A stretch of DNA of 64,000 nucleotides from an uncultured Alphaproteobacteria bacterium. GTDB taxonomy: Bacteria > Pseudomonadota > Alphaproteobacteria > Rhizobiales > Xanthobacteraceae. The stretch lies in NCBI GenBank assembly GCA_963825105.1, contig CAWGSB010000024.1, positions 41,615-105,614 on the forward strand, written 5' to 3'. A program made the translations under genes and the position numbers. Position 1 is the first letter of the stretch, and every line of letters begins with the position of its first letter. Positions 1 to 12,407 of the stretch are shown here, in pieces. The notes beneath the pieces are model-generated. The model worked only from the letters and a program-made list of their open reading frames with translations. It was not told the DNA's origin and ran no database searches.

Positions 1-132
1 GATCAGCCAGACGAAGTAGTCGAGGTCCTGCGCCGTGGTCTCATGCGGATCCGGCACAAGAAAATTGAGGTGGGGCGTGCGCGGCGACATCGTCGCATAG
101 CGCAGCGCGTAGATTTCGTAGGCGTTTCCCAT
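1..132 (-). CDS. N-terminus of metallo-beta-lactamase-fold / N-acyl-homoserine-lactonase-family protein (runs off window)
   Basis: Read by hand, not in the ORF track: MGNAYEIYALRYATMSPRTPHLNFLVPDPHETTAQDLDYFVWLI, which resembles the N-terminus of this family. Confidence 0.6.
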   Translation of the reverse strand, partial: MGNAYEIYALRYATMSPRTPHLNFLVPDPHETTAQDLDYFVWLI

Positions 133-520
133 CGGTTCCACTTCTTGCTGGTTGGGTTGTTGGGGCGATTGGCCCGACCGCAGCAAGCCATCGTCATGTC
201 AAAAGGTCAAACCGGGCGGGACAGAAATGTGAGATCGGTCACATTATGCCCCGGCATCCCGCGCTGCGGCGATTACTCGTCATGCCCGGCTATGCCCAGC
301 CATCACGGAAACACGACAAAAACGAGCGACGCGCTGCGATTGATCTCGGGGTGAGAGCCGCAGGCTCCGCAAAGTTTTGTTGCGGCTAATTGACGGAATA
401 AACGAGGCTTTTGGACAGTTGACAGGGCTTGCGGGCCCGGTTTGATAATGCAGTTTGCGTAGAGTAAGGTCGCCGAGGCGCAAGCTGGAATCGGCGCCCT
501 GTTTGCTGGACCGCCGTGGC

Positions 521-1970
521 ATGAGAATTCGTCTCGCATTGCTTGTGACCTTGATTTTGTCGGTCACGCCGATCTTGCCGTCGGGTGCTGCGGATCGCGG
601 CGACCGGTTTGCGCTCGTGATCGGCAATTCGAAATATCCCGACGCCGAGGCGCCGCTGAAGGAGCCGATCAACGACGCCCGCGACGTCGCCGACGAGCTC
701 AAGCGCGACGGCTTCAACGTCGAGGTCGGCGAGAACCTGACCGGCGACGCGATGCGCCGCGCCTTCGACCGGCTCTACGGCCGCATCAAGCCCGGCTCGG
801 TCGCGCTGATTTTCTTCAGCGGCTTCGGCGTCCAGTCCAACCGCCAGAGCTACATGATCCCGGTCGACGCCCAGATCTGGACCGAAGCCGACGTTCGCCG
901 CGACGGCTTCAGCCTCGAGACGGTGCTGGGCGAAATCAACAGCCGCGGCGCCGGCGTCAAGATCGCCCTGATCGACGCCTCCAGGCGCAACCCGTTCGAG
1001 CGCCGGTTCCGCAGTTTCTCCGCCGGGCTGGCGCCGGTGATCGCGCCGAACGGAACGCTGGTGATGTATTCGGCGGCGCTCTCCTCCGTCATTTCCGACA
1101 ATGGCAGCGACCACAGCCTGTTCGTGCAGGAACTGCTCAAGGAAATTCGCGTCCCCGACCTGATGGCGGAGGAGACGCTCAACCGGACCCGCGTCGGCGT
1201 CACCCGCGCCTCCCGCAGCGAGCAGGTGCCGTGGATTTCGTCCTCGCTGGCCGAGGACTTTTCGTTCATTCCCGGCACCGGTACGCGGCCCTCCGGTCCG
1301 GTGATAGCGACGCTGCCCCAACCCGCCCCACAACCCCCGCCGCCGCCGTTACCGCACCAGGACCCGTTGCCGCCGCCGAAGGTCGAGGTTCCGGCGCCTC
1401 CCGCCAACAAGCCCGTGGAGAAGGCCGACAAGCCTGTGGAGAAGAGCGAGAGCTCGCCGGTCATCGCGCTTGCCGACGATCCGACCATCAAGAGCCTGAC
1501 CGCCAAGCTCGCCGACAATCCCGACGATCAGAACGCGCTGTACCGGCGCGGGCAGGTCTATGCCAGCAAGGGGGCGTATAACCTTGCCATCAAGGATTTC
1601 GACGGCTCGATCCGGCTCAACCCCAAGGACGTCGAAGCCCTCAACAACCGTTGCTGGGTGCGCACCGTGATCGGCGACCTGCAGGCGGCGCTGAGAGGAT
1701 TGCAACGAAGCGCTTCGGCTGCGTCCGAACTTCGTCGATGCCCTGGACAGCCGCGGCCTGGTCAACCTGAAGAGCGGAGCGATCAAGAACGCCATTGCCG
1801 ATTTTGACGCCGCCCTGAAGATCAATCCGCGATTGACCTCGTCGCTGTACGGGCGCGGCCTTGCCAAGAAGCGCAACGGCGCGATTGCGGCGGGCGATCT
1901 GGATATCGCCAATGCCAAGGCGATGGACCCGAATATTGTCAAGGAATTCGCGGATTACGGGGTAAATTGA
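521..1970 (+). CDS. Secreted caspase-family (peptidase C14) domain + Pro-rich linker + TPR protein; catalytic dyad substituted
   Basis: Signal peptide; RFALVIGNSKY; FSGFG and DASRRNP at the GHG/DAC positions; TPR repeats; one frameshift near 1695. Confidence 0.85.
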
Positions 1971-2117
1971 CGATAATTTGAGTCGCAAGGACCCGCGTCC
2001 CTCGAACCCCGGGGCGGGCGCCGGAGACAAATGAGGCAATGGCCGCGACCGATTTGTCCTTGCGGCTTATTTGCAGACTTAATTGGAACCGCGCGGGCAG
2101 CGCAGGAGGGACTGGCA

Positions 2118-2792
2118 ATGTCGAAAATGTCTGGAAGGAGAAGTCTTGCCGCGATCCTTTCGCTTCTGACGATTGGCGCCGCGCTTTCCTTCGGCGTGGC
2201 AACGGCCGATCGCCGGCGATGCCAATGTCACCGAGGATCAGATCGTCCGGGCGCTTGCGCCCGGCCAAGACAGCCGCTGACCCGGGGCCTGTCGGTGGGT
2301 CCGCAGACCCAGACCGATCCGGCGGCGGCCGCCGCCGAGGGACGTTTCGTTCAGACCATCCGCGGCCGGGCGACGCGTTCGCTCTCGGTCACCGAGCGCG
2401 AGGAGATCGCCACCATCGCCAAGGACAAGCCGAAGATCGATCTGGAAATCACCTTCGACTACAACTCGGCCGATATCAGCGCGAAATCGCTGCCCTCGGT
2501 TCAGGCGCTGGGCAAGGCGCTTGACCAATCCCGACCTGAAGGGCTCGACCTTCATCGTCGCCGGCCATACCGACGCCGCCGGCGGCGAAGCCTACAATCA
2601 GGACCTGTCGGAGCGGCGCGCCGAACTCGATCAAGAAATATCTGGTCGACAAATACGGCATTGCCGGCACCGACCTCGTGACCGTCGGATACGGCAAGAG
2701 CAAGCTCAAGGACCCGGCCAATCCGACTGGCGGAAGTCAATCGCCGCGTGCAGGTCGTCAATATGGAAAACAAGACCACGGCGTCCAAGTGA
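2118..2792 (+). CDS. OmpA-family peptidoglycan-binding protein
   Basis: ITFDYNSA, VAGHTDA, YNQDLSERRA, GYGK, NRRVQV motifs across frameshifted pieces. Confidence 0.85.
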
Positions 2793-2873
2793 ACGATCGA
2801 GTGAACGGGTCGTGGCGCTGAGCAAGGTTTTGCGGCTACAATGCGTCCCGCACCCCTGCGGGACGCTTTTTGC

Positions 2874-2991
2874 GTCATTGCGAGGAGCAAACGGGTCGCG
2901 CGAATGCGCGCCCGATGACAGGCTCCGCGACGAAGCAATCCAGTACCCGCCGGCTGCATCCTTTGGATTGCTTCGCTTCGCTCGCAATGAC
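2874..2991. repeat. REP/RPE-like palindromic element (GTCATTGCGAG...CTCGCAATGAC)
   Basis: Terminal inverted repeats with internal GAAGCAATCC/GGATTGCTTC; related copy at 18747-18940. Confidence 0.8.
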
Positions 2992-3034
2992 AGTCTAAAA
3001 CTCCTCTCGACTTCAGGTCTGGATTGATCCGGCG

Positions 3035-3959
3035 ATGATGCTCTCCGAATATCCTCAAACCTGCGTTAGCCGTGGTCGTTCGTCGCCGCTCTCGGCGCCG
3101 GATGGTACTGGTTCGAGCATCGTTCCCGCCCGCAGGAAAAGGACACGCCGGGCAACGCGCTCGTCATCGTGACGAAGTCCACCAATGCCTGCTTCTCCGA
3201 CATGGTGCGGGTCACCGGCTATTGTCGTGCCGCGCCGGGAAGCGGTGGTCGGGGTCGATCAGGAAGGATCCAAGGTCACCGATGTCCTGGTCCGCGAAGG
3301 CGACATGGTCACCGACAATCAGGAACTGGCCCGGCTGACGCCGCCGCCGGCGCAGCCCGGCCAAAGGTCGTCCGCCGGGACCGACGTCGCTGCGCGCGCC
3401 GGCCGCCGGCCTCGTCACCGAGGTCAGGACCATCGCCGGCGCGCCGGCCTCGCCGCAGGCCGGGCCGATGTTTCGCATTGCCGTCAACAACGAAATCGAA
3501 CTGGATGCCGAGGTGCCGGCGGTCCACATGCTGAAACTCAATCCGGGCGCGACGGTGCGGATCAGCCGGGACAATGCGCCGGATCTCGTCGGGCGCGTGC
3601 GGCTGGTTTCGCCGCAGATCGATCGCGCCACCCAGCTCGGCCATGTCCGGATCTCGCTGACCAGCAATCCCTCGCTCAAGGTCGGCATGTTTGCCCGCGC
3701 CAACATCGACGCCAAGCGCAGTTGCGGCGTCGCCGTTCCGCGCACCGCCATTGACCATCTGACCGTTCAGGTGGTCAAAGGCAATACCGTGGAGACGCGC
3801 AAGGTCCGGACCGGCCTGGTGTCCGACACCTCGACGGAAATCCTTGAAGGCCTCGACGTCGGCGAAATCGTCGTGGCCGACGCTGGCTCTTCGCTGCATG
3901 ACGGCGACCAGATCAAGACCATGTTCGCCGAGGAACTCGATCGGACGCGGGTACGCTGA
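3035..3959 (+). CDS. RND efflux periplasmic adaptor (MFP) subunit
   Basis: [38 protein letters not shown]; frameshifted; stop overlaps the RND start. Confidence 0.8.
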
Positions 3960-6900
3960 TGGCTCTCAATATCTCGGCATGGTCGATCCGCAACCCGCTT
4001 CCGTCCGTCGTCTTTTCGATCATCCTGCTGGTGCTCGGCTGGGTCAGTTTCACCAAGCTCGCGGTGACGCGGCTGCCCTCGGCCGATATCCCGGTGATCT
4101 CGGTCGCGGTGTCGCAATTCGGCGCGGCGCCGGCCGAGCTGGAATCGCAGGTCACCAAGACCATCGAAGACGGCGTCTCCGGCGTCGAGGGCGTGCGGCA
4201 CATTTCATCGTCGATCACCGACGGGCTGTCGCTGACCACGATCCAGTTCGCGCTTGAGACCAACACCGATCGCGCCCTGAACGACGTCAAGGACGCCGTC
4301 ACGCGGGTGCGCGCCAACCTGCCGCAGAACGTCAACGAGCCGCTGATCCAGCGCGTCGACGTGATCGGCCTGCCGATCGTCACCTATGCCGCGATCTCGC
4401 CCGGCAAGACGCCGGAGCAACTGTCCTATTTCGTCGACGACGTCGTCAAACGCGCGCTGCAGGGCGTGCGCGACGTCGCCCAGGTCGAGCGCATCGGCGG
4501 TGTCGAGCGCGAGATTCTGGTCTCGCTCGATCCCGACCGGCTGCAGGCCGCGGGGCTGACCGCCGTCAATGTCAGCCAGAGCCTGCGCGGCACCAATGTC
4601 GACCTCGCCGGCGGCCGCGCCGAGATCGGCAAGAACGACCAGGCGATCCGCACGCTGGCCGGCGCCAAGACGCTGAACGATCTCGCCGGCACCATGATCC
4701 CGCTGTTCGGCGGCGGCGAGGTGCGTCTCGACGATCTCGGCACCGTCACCGACACCATCGCCGACCGCCGCACCTTCGCCCGTTTCAACGGCGAACCGGT
4801 GGTGGCGCTCGGCATCAAGCGTTCCAAGGGCGCCAGCGACGTGGTGGTCGCCGCCGCCGTGCAGAAGCGCATCGATGCGCTGAAGGTCGCCTATCCCGAT
4901 GTCGATCTGAAGCTGATCGACACCTCGGTGGAGTTCACCAAAGGCAATTACGAGGCCGCGATCTCGACCCTGTTCGAGGGCGCCATTCTCGCCGTCATCA
5001 TCGTGCTGTTGTTCCTGCGCGACATCAGGGCGACCATCATCGCCGCGATCTCGCTGCCGCTGTCGATCTTCCCGGCGTTCTGGGCGATGGACATTCTGGG
5101 CTTCTCGCTGAACCTCGTCAGCTTCCTCGCCATCACGCTGTCGACCGGTATTCTGGTCGACGACGCCATCGTCGAGATCGAGAACATCGTCCGCCACATG
5201 CGGATGGGGAAGTCGCCCTATCGCGCGGCGCTGGAGGCCGCCGACGAAATCGGGCTTGCCGTGATCGCGATCTCGCTGACCATCATCGCGATCTTCGCGC
5301 CGGCAAGCTTCATGTCGGGAATCGCCGGGCAGTTCTTCAAGCAGTTCGGCATCACGGTGTCGGTGCAGGTGTTCTTCTCGCTGCTCGCCGCGCGCTTCGT
5401 CACCCCGGTGCTGGCGGCCTACTTCCTGAAGGATCATCCGCACGACGAGCCGGCGCCGGGGCGCGCCATGCAGACCTACACCCGGCTCGTCACCTGGTCG
5501 GTCAAGCACTACTTCATCACCGTGCTGATCGGCTTCGGCATCTTCGCCGCCTCGATCTGGAGCATTGCGCTGTTGCCGCAGGGCTTCCTGCCGGCGCAGG
5601 ACTCCGCGCGCTCGCTCCTGGCGATGGAGCTGCCGCCGGGCACGCAACTCGCCTTCACCGAGAAGGTCACCGAGGAAATCGTCGCGCGCCTGCGCAAGCG
5701 CCCCGAAGTCGAGAAGCGTGTTCGTCGACGGCGGACGGGTGCCGCCGGGCACCTTCGAGGTGCGCCGCGCCGCGCTGATCATCAACTACACGCCGAAGAC
5801 CGAGCGCAAGATCACGCAGCGCCAGCTCGAACTGGAGATCGGCCAGGAACTCGAAAACGTCCCCGACATCCGCTACTGGTTCCTCGACGAAAACGGCCTG
5901 CGCGCCATCTCGCTGGTGGTGACGGGCGCGGACAGCAACATCGTCTCCAACGTCGCCAGCGAGTTGGCGACGCAGATGAAGCGTATTCCGATTATCTCCG
6001 ACGTGATTTCGGAAACCTCGCTCGACCGGCCCGAACTGCGCATTCAGCCGAAGGCGGATCTCGCCGCAAGGCTCGGCGTCTCCACCGAAAGCCTGTCGCA
6101 GACCATCCGCGTGGCCACCATCGGCGACGTCGGCCCGGCCTTGGCCAAGTTCGACGCCGGCGACCGGCTGGTGCCGATCCGGGTCCAGCTCGAGGACGCC
6201 GCGCGCGGCGATCTCGCGCTGCTCGAGCAGTTGCGGGTGCCGCTCGGCCAGCGCGGCGAGAAGGGCGGAGTTCCCCTATCTGTTGTCGCCGACATCAAGC
6301 TCGATCAGGGCCCGACCAGCATCAACCGCTATGACCGCGAACGTCAGGCCACGGTCGCCGCCGACCTCGTCGGCTCCGCCGCGCTCGGCGACGCCACCAA
6401 GAAGATCTACGAGCTGCCGGTGATGAAGACGCTGCCGAAGGGCGTCAAGGTCAGCCCGTCCGGCGATGCCGAAAGCCTGAACGAATTGTCGGAAGGCTTT
6501 GCCACCGCGATCACCGCCGGCCTGATGATGGTCTATGCGGTGCTGGTGCTGCTGTTCGGCACCTTCCTGCAGCCGATCACGATCCTGTTTTCGCTGCCGC
6601 TTTCGATCGGCGGCGCGATCGCGGCGCTGCTGGTGACCGGCAAGCAGCTGACGACGCCGGTGTGGATCGGCATCCTGATGCTGATGGGCATCGTCACCAA
6701 GAACGCCATCATGCTGGTGGAATTCGCGGTTGAATTGATGCGCGAGGGCAAGCCGCGCGAGGAGGCGATCATCGACGCCGGCATGAAGCGCGCCCGCCCG
6801 ATCGTCATGACCACGATCGCGATGGCCGCCGGCATGATGCCCTCGGCGCTGGCGTTCGGCGCCGGCGGCGAATTCCGCTCGCCGATGGCGCTGGCCGTGA

Positions 6901-7106
6901 TCGGGGGCCTGGTGTTCTCCACCCTGCTGTCGCTGGTGTTCGTGCCCGCGATGTTCATGATGATGGACGACATCGGCGCGCTGATCTGGCGCTTCAGCAA
7001 AAAACTGATCGTCTCGACCGCCGAGACCGAGCAGGCGAAGGCGGATCATTCCGGCGAGCCCAAGGAGCCGCCGCCGAGCATCATGCATTCGCCGGCGGCG
7101 GAGTAA
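3959..7106 (+). CDS. AcrB/AcrD/AcrF-family RND permease
   Basis: GILVDDAIVEIENI, GIVTKNAIMLVEF, RARPIVMTT; one frameshift near 5712. Confidence 0.95.
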
Positions 7107-7150
7107 TCCCTTGCAAGGAAACGGCGCGTACCGACCGCAAGCATCGGCCC

Positions 7151-9106
7151 TTACCGAACCCGCGCCACCCGCCCGCCTTCAGGCGCGATCGTTTTCGCGA
7201 TGGCATCCGCAAGCTGGCGCTGGCGAAACGGCTTTGACAGTTTTGGAAGGCTCTCGTCCGCGCCGGGCGGAAGCTCGGCAAATCCGGTCGCCAGAATAAT
7301 CGGAAGGCCCGGTTTTTCGGCCCGGATTGCGGCGGCGAGATCCGAGCCTGTCATGTGCGGCATCGCCTGATCGGTGATGACGAGGTCGATGCTTTGCTCG
7401 CGCCGGATGATGTCGAGGGCGCTGTTGCCGGAAGTCGCCTCCAATACGGTGTGTCCGAGATCTTCCAGCATGGCCGCGGTATTGAGCAGCACCAGCGCAT
7501 CGTCATCGACCGCGAGGATCACCAGCGGTCCTTCTTTTCCATCGAGCGCCCTGCCATCCGCTTCTTCCGGCACATGGCCGGAACCGGCGGCGGCAACCGG
7601 GAGCCAGAGCTCGGCGGTCGTACCCTCGCCCTTCCTGCTCTTCAGGACCAGCCTGCCGCCGGATTGCTGCATCATGCCGTGAACCATGGACAGTCCCAAT
7701 CCCGTGCCTTTGCCCACGCCCTTGGTGGTGAAGAACGGCTCCAGCGCCCGTCCGCGCGTCGCTTCGTCCATTCCGCATCCCTCGTCGGTCAGCGAAAGGC
7801 AGACATAACGCCCGGCCTTCAGGTCCGGCGCGCCGGCGACGTTCTCTTCCTTCGCGGCGATGAAAATGGACCCGCCTTTGGGCATCGCGTCGCGCGCATT
7901 CACCGCGAGATTGAGGATCGCCAGTTCCAGCTGGTTCGGATCGGCCAGAACTTTTTTCAGCCCGGGAGTAAAATCCGCCTCGATCTGCACGGTAGCCCCG
8001 AGCGAACTGTGCAGCAGATCCGTCATGCCGCGAACAAGCTCAGCGACGTCGAGCGCCACCGGGTTGAGTTCCTGCCGTCGGGCGAAGGCCAGCATGCGCT
8101 GCGTCAAGGCGGCGCCACGCTGCGCGCCGTGCATGGCGTTTTCGACCAGACGCATCATTTTGGGATCGGCGGGAAGACGCTTGCGCAAGAGTTCGAGACT
8201 GCCGAGCACCGCCATCAGGAGATTATTGAAATCGTGCGCGACGCCGCCGGTGAGCTGGCCGATCGCGTCCATCTTCTGGGACTGGAACAACGCCTCGCGG
8301 GCCTCCTGAAGGGCGCGCTCGGCCTCTCTGCGCTCGGTAATATCGCGCGTGATCTTGGCGAAGCCCAGGATCGTCCCGTCGGGGGCGCGGATCGGGTCGA
8401 TGACGACGCTCGCCATGAATTGGCTGCCGTCTTTACGGATGCGCCAGCCTTCCTTTTCGAACCTCCCTTCCCGCGCGGCCGTTTCAAGCGCGGCCTGCGG
8501 GACCCCCGCGCGCCGGTCTTCCTCGGTATAAAACCGGGAAAAATGCTCGCCGATGATTTCCTCCGGACCATAGCCCTTGATCCGCTGCGCACCCGCGTTC
8601 CAGCTCGACACCCGGCCCTCCGGCGTCAGCATGTAGATGGCGTAGTCGGTGACGCCCTGAACGAGACGCCTGAACTGCTGCTCGCTTTGCCGAAGCGCGT
8701 CCTCCGCCAGCTTTCGCTCGGTCAGGTCGCGCGTGATCTTGGCGTAGCCGACCAGATTGCCGGAGGCATCCCGGATGGGGTCGATGACGACATAGGCCCA
8801 GAACCGGGTGCCGTCCTTTCGGCAGCGCCAGCCCTCGCCTTCGAATTTTCCCTCGCGCGCCGCGGTCTCGAGCGCTCTTTGCGGCAGCCCGGCTTCGCGG
8901 TCCGCCTCGGTGTAGAAGCGCGAGAAATGCTCGCCCAGGACTTCGGATTCTTCGTAGCCCTTGAAACGCCGGGCGCCGGGGTTCCAGCTCGATATCCGGC
9001 CGTCCGGATCGAGCATGTAGATGGCGTAATCGGTGATGGCTTCAATCAGCATGCGGTAGCGGCCGTCGTTGGACAATGACGCGTCGAACCGCTCTTTACG
9101 CTGCAT
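7151..9106 (-). CDS. Hybrid sensor kinase (2 PAS + HisKA + HATPase + REC)
   Basis: Two PAS repeats, AHDFNNLL, NLAVNARDAMP, FFTTKGVGKGTGLGL, C-terminal receiver. Confidence 0.95.
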   Translation of the reverse strand: MQRKERFDASLSNDGRYRMLIEAITDYAIYMLDPDGRISSWNPGARRFKGYEESEVLGEHFSRFYTEADREAGLPQRALETAAREGKFEGEGWRCRKDGTRFWAYVVIDPIRDASGNLVGYAKITRDLTERKLAEDALRQSEQQFRRLVQGVTDYAIYMLTPEGRVSSWNAGAQRIKGYGPEEIIGEHFSRFYTEEDRRAGVPQAALETAAREGRFEKEGWRIRKDGSQFMASVVIDPIRAPDGTILGFAKITRDITERREAERALQEAREALFQSQKMDAIGQLTGGVAHDFNNLLMAVLGSLELLRKRLPADPKMMRLVENAMHGAQRGAALTQRMLAFARRQELNPVALDVAELVRGMTDLLHSSLGATVQIEADFTPGLKKVLADPNQLELAILNLAVNARDAMPKGGSIFIAAKEENVAGAPDLKAGRYVCLSLTDEGCGMDEATRGRALEPFFTTKGVGKGTGLGLSMVHGMMQQSGGRLVLKSRKGEGTTAELWLPVAAAGSGHVPEEADGRALDGKEGPLVILAVDDDALVLLNTAAMLEDLGHTVLEATSGNSALDIIRREQSIDLVITDQAMPHMTGSDLAAAIRAEKPGLPIILATGFAELPPGADESLPKLSKPFRQRQLADAIAKTIAPEGGRVARVR

Positions 9107-9205
9107 TGACTCCCCCCGGGCTCGGTTATAACCGGGGAAAACACCCCAGCGGCCGGATAGTTCCACGAAGAGGTGGACGGCGCTCGACCGGACCGAAGCC
9201 CGCCC

Positions 9206-9880
9206 CTATTCGTTCCGCGCCACCGCGGTCAGCTTGCCCATGTTCTGCAGCAATATCCGCCCGCGCTGGAGGTCCAGAATGCCGTCCTTGCGCCAGAGCT
9301 GCAGTTGACGGTTGACGCTTTCGCGCGCCGCGCCGACGAAGACGCCCAACTGCTCCTGCGAGATATGCACCTCGGAGCCGAAATCGGACGCCAGCGCGCA
9401 GAGCCGGCGCGCCAGCCGGACCGGCAGCGGCTGCAGCATGGATTCTTCCATCCGCTCGCTCTGCCAGCGGATGCGCTGGCACAACAGCATGATGATCTTG
9501 ATCGCCACCTTCGGTTCGCGTTCGAGAAAGCCCAGGAAATCCTCGCGCCGCAGCACGAACAGTTCGGTCGGCTCGCCGGCGGTCGCGTCGGCGGTGCGGC
9601 TGAAGCCGTCGAGCACCGCGACCTCGCCGAACAGCTCGCCCGGCCCCATGAAATTCAGGGTCAGCCGGCTGCCGTCGGAAGCGCCGGTCTCGATGCGGAT
9701 CTGGCCGCGGCGGACCCCGAACAGGGCGTCGCCGGGATCGCCTTTCTGGAACAGCATCTCGCCGGCTTTCAGATGCCGGGTGTGGCAAAGGCCCGAAATC
9801 CGCGCCAGTTCGTCGGCGTCCAGATCCGCGAACATCGGATTCATTTTCAGGATGACCGCAAATTCGGCCGCTTTACTCAT
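9206..9880 (-). CDS. Crp/Fnr-family transcriptional regulator
   Basis: cNMP-binding GELFGE...RTADA; HTH ISQEQLGVFVGAARESVNR. Confidence 0.92.
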   Translation of the reverse strand: MSKAAEFAVILKMNPMFADLDADELARISGLCHTRHLKAGEMLFQKGDPGDALFGVRRGQIRIETGASDGSRLTLNFMGPGELFGEVAVLDGFSRTADATAGEPTELFVLRREDFLGFLEREPKVAIKIIMLLCQRIRWQSERMEESMLQPLPVRLARRLCALASDFGSEVHISQEQLGVFVGAARESVNRQLQLWRKDGILDLQRGRILLQNMGKLTAVARNE

Positions 9881-10110
9881 TGCAATGTCTTCCGGAAAAT
9901 CCGCCGCCCGGGAAGTGTGTCATAAGTCACATAACTTTACAGCACCCCCGGATTATTTTCGGGCCTTTGAGCGGTTTTCCCGTTTTCGGGATAGGCTTTT
10001 GCCCGTCTGGAATGTCGTCATGAGAGCCTTGAAATAAGTGTGGCGCGATCGCTACTCCACGGGACTCCCGCGAATCGGTTAGACTCGCGCCCGGACGTCA
10101 GGAGTTCCAC

Positions 10111-10407
10111 ATGGCCGCAGACAGTAACAGCATGATTGCGTGGCATCGGGCCCAGATCAAAAAACACCGCGAGGCGCTAAAACAGTTCGAAACTGCAAAA
10201 TTCACCTTTGGCGAGATCGCCGGCGCGAAGGCGGCCGATGGCGCGCAAAAGGCGCAGGCCGAGCTGAAGCGCAAGATCCGGGAATCCGAACAGATCGTCG
10301 CCGCCCATGAGCGGCAGGCCCGCCGCCCGCTCACGACCGACTTCCAGACGCTCGCCAGCGCGCCCTGGAGCAACTGGAACGCCAACGGGCGGACGGGGCA
10401 GCGGTAG
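10111..10407 (+). CDS. Small hypothetical protein
   Basis: AGGAG RBS, 98-aa helical ORF with host-like codon usage. Confidence 0.6.
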   Translation: MAADSNSMIAWHRAQIKKHREALKQFETAKFTFGEIAGAKAADGAQKAQAELKRKIRESEQIVAAHERQARRPLTTDFQTLASAPWSNWNANGRTGQR

Positions 10408-10445
10408 CAAGGGCTGAAGAGCAGCGCGCGATAGATTTCAGCCCC

Positions 10446-10542
10446 GTCATTCCGGGGCGCGCGTAGCGCGAGCCCGGAATCCATACTCCCGATCGTGGTT
10501 ATGGATTCCGGGCCTGCGCCAAGCGGCGCATCCCGGAATGAC
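10446..10542. repeat. REP-like element (GTCATTCCGGG...CCCGGAATGAC)
   Basis: Terminal IRs with internal CCCGGAATCCAT/ATGGATTCCGGG; copies at 13624-13720 and 22787-22885. Confidence 0.85.
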
Positions 10543-10618
10543 AGGCCGGCCCCGGATTTCGCTCCGCTCATCGCTACGGGATTTCAATTTTTCAAACAGC
10601 CAATCGCAAACGCACCTT

Positions 10619-11131
10619 CGCATTCCCGCGGCGCGAAGCGCCCGGGTTGTGCCTGAAATGTCCGCCCCGAAAACAGAGGGCGCAGGGAATGCCGGGCGCC
10701 CGATGCGCCCGATAGCCGCGCGTGCGATGGTAGAAGCAAAATGCACACGCGTTAGTCAGGTCACACCGGAAATCACCCGGCATTCCCCGCGCAATGGTTT
10801 TAACGGTTTCCTTCGTGCTCTCCCCGGCGATCGGCTTGTTTGTCACCGTCACCCCTGAGAAGCTTGCTTCTCAAGAACTTGACGCCGGCGTCGAGGCGTC
10901 AGGACCACACGACTTCTCCGTCCGCGTTCAGCGCCGTTCGTCGTTTCAGCGCACCCGCGTCCACCGCATCCCGCCCCAACGTTCGTGACGATCGCGAACG
11001 CCCCTCTGCGGGACGGGATGGCGATGGATATAGCGGTGATTTGGGTTTCGGAAAAACAGAAATATTTTTGCGAAGGGGGCTGGACAGGTTGAAGCAAGAG
11101 GTCGCGACTGATTTGCCCGTCGGGCAAATCA
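10619..11131. repeat. ~500-bp structured non-coding element
   Basis: 10680-10696 pairs with 10776-10792; perfect terminal hairpin 11109-11131; no credible ORF. I recall similar elements as multicopy in Bradyrhizobium (unverified). Confidence 0.6.
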
Positions 11132-11571
11132 CGGCGGTGGCGGCGGATTCTCTGGCGTTAGAGCTCCGGGTCGAAAGTCAGCTCCAATTGACGCAAAACG
11201 CGAGCAAGCCGCCTGATAACGCCGCCGCCTTTTCCACTTTTTGCCTTTGGCCGAACCGCGGATTATGCTGCGATGGCTGCCATTGGATGGTTACATGCAA
11301 AACGAATGGACCAAACCGCGCGAATATTCTTTTACTAACGCGGCCGGAGAAGTGTTTCACGAAATCGCCTATTCACGGCAGGACGTGAACACTCTTGCGA
11401 AGATGCACAAGGCAACGAACTACAAACCAACGGAGGACAGTTCAATCTGCAAATCACTGGTCGCGGATTGATTTGAGCAACACCACTGTCCTGTGAAATG
11501 CAGTGTTTTTGACCGTTCAACGTTGCCTGGTTTCTGAGGACCTGTGAGCCAAGCGATCGGCACGCCGGCGA

Positions 11572-12407
11572 TCAAGAAAACGACGCGCGCCAAATATCGG
11601 GACGCAAGTGGAGCATTTCATTCAGAGGAGGGGTTATTTGAAAAATACGCGGATTTTGGGCGAATGAGATGCACGCGATACAAACGCCACGATTCCGCAG
11701 ATGCTGCAGCTTTTTGACATTCATTTTCAGAAAGAAGAATGGCGTTCTAGCTGCTCCATTCGTCGTTTTGACTTCTATTAGAAGCTCTCGACCGTCGGGC
11801 TCGAAAGAAAGGATATCGTATCCTGCGCCATCGCCCTCTTCCGTCGATATCCATCTTATTTTTTTCAAAAGATCGAGTCGCTGGAATTTTTCGAGCTTCC
11901 TTCTTTCTATCTCCAAAACGAATTCTTCGCCCGCTCGTCCCAACGATCGGTTGCGGAGATCGCGTTCCACAGGATCGAATTTTCTAACCAACCGCTCAAG
12001 CTGCCATGGCCGTCGGATGGAGGCTCTAATTTCGGAGCATCCACGAAAGTAGCGCCATCATCGGCAACTGCGAGCACTTTCGGGGGTAACTGATGATAGA
12101 CTACATCTTGGTTCGACGAAAGATATCGATCAATTGCGCCAAAAATCGACGCCTGATAATTTCTTTTCGGTTTGTAACCGACGATCCAAGGCAATCCCAT
12201 TTCTTCCAAAACGGCTGATATGTTTTGATGCTTGAACTCCACAGATCGATGCGTTCGTCCGATCTGTTGCATGAGGACGGCGCTGTGGTGAGATTTGACA
12301 TATTGCTGCCGAGATAGGTCCGCCCTCAACATCGAAAAATAATCGGCGACAATGGCATCGAGCTCATCATCGTTCCACGGTTTTCCGATCTTCTCTTCGT
12401 CAGCCAT
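11572..12407 (-). CDS. DUF3883 (NOV C-terminal, restriction-endonuclease-like) domain protein; low GC
   Basis: GRAGEEFVL...GDGAGYDILSF...LIEVKTT; N-terminal SVEFKHQNISAVL; frameshifts near 12020 and 11725. Confidence 0.8.

Noticed and set aside
1316-1445. Pro-rich and KPVEK repeats
   Set aside because: Ordinary inter-domain linker in the caspase-TPR protein.
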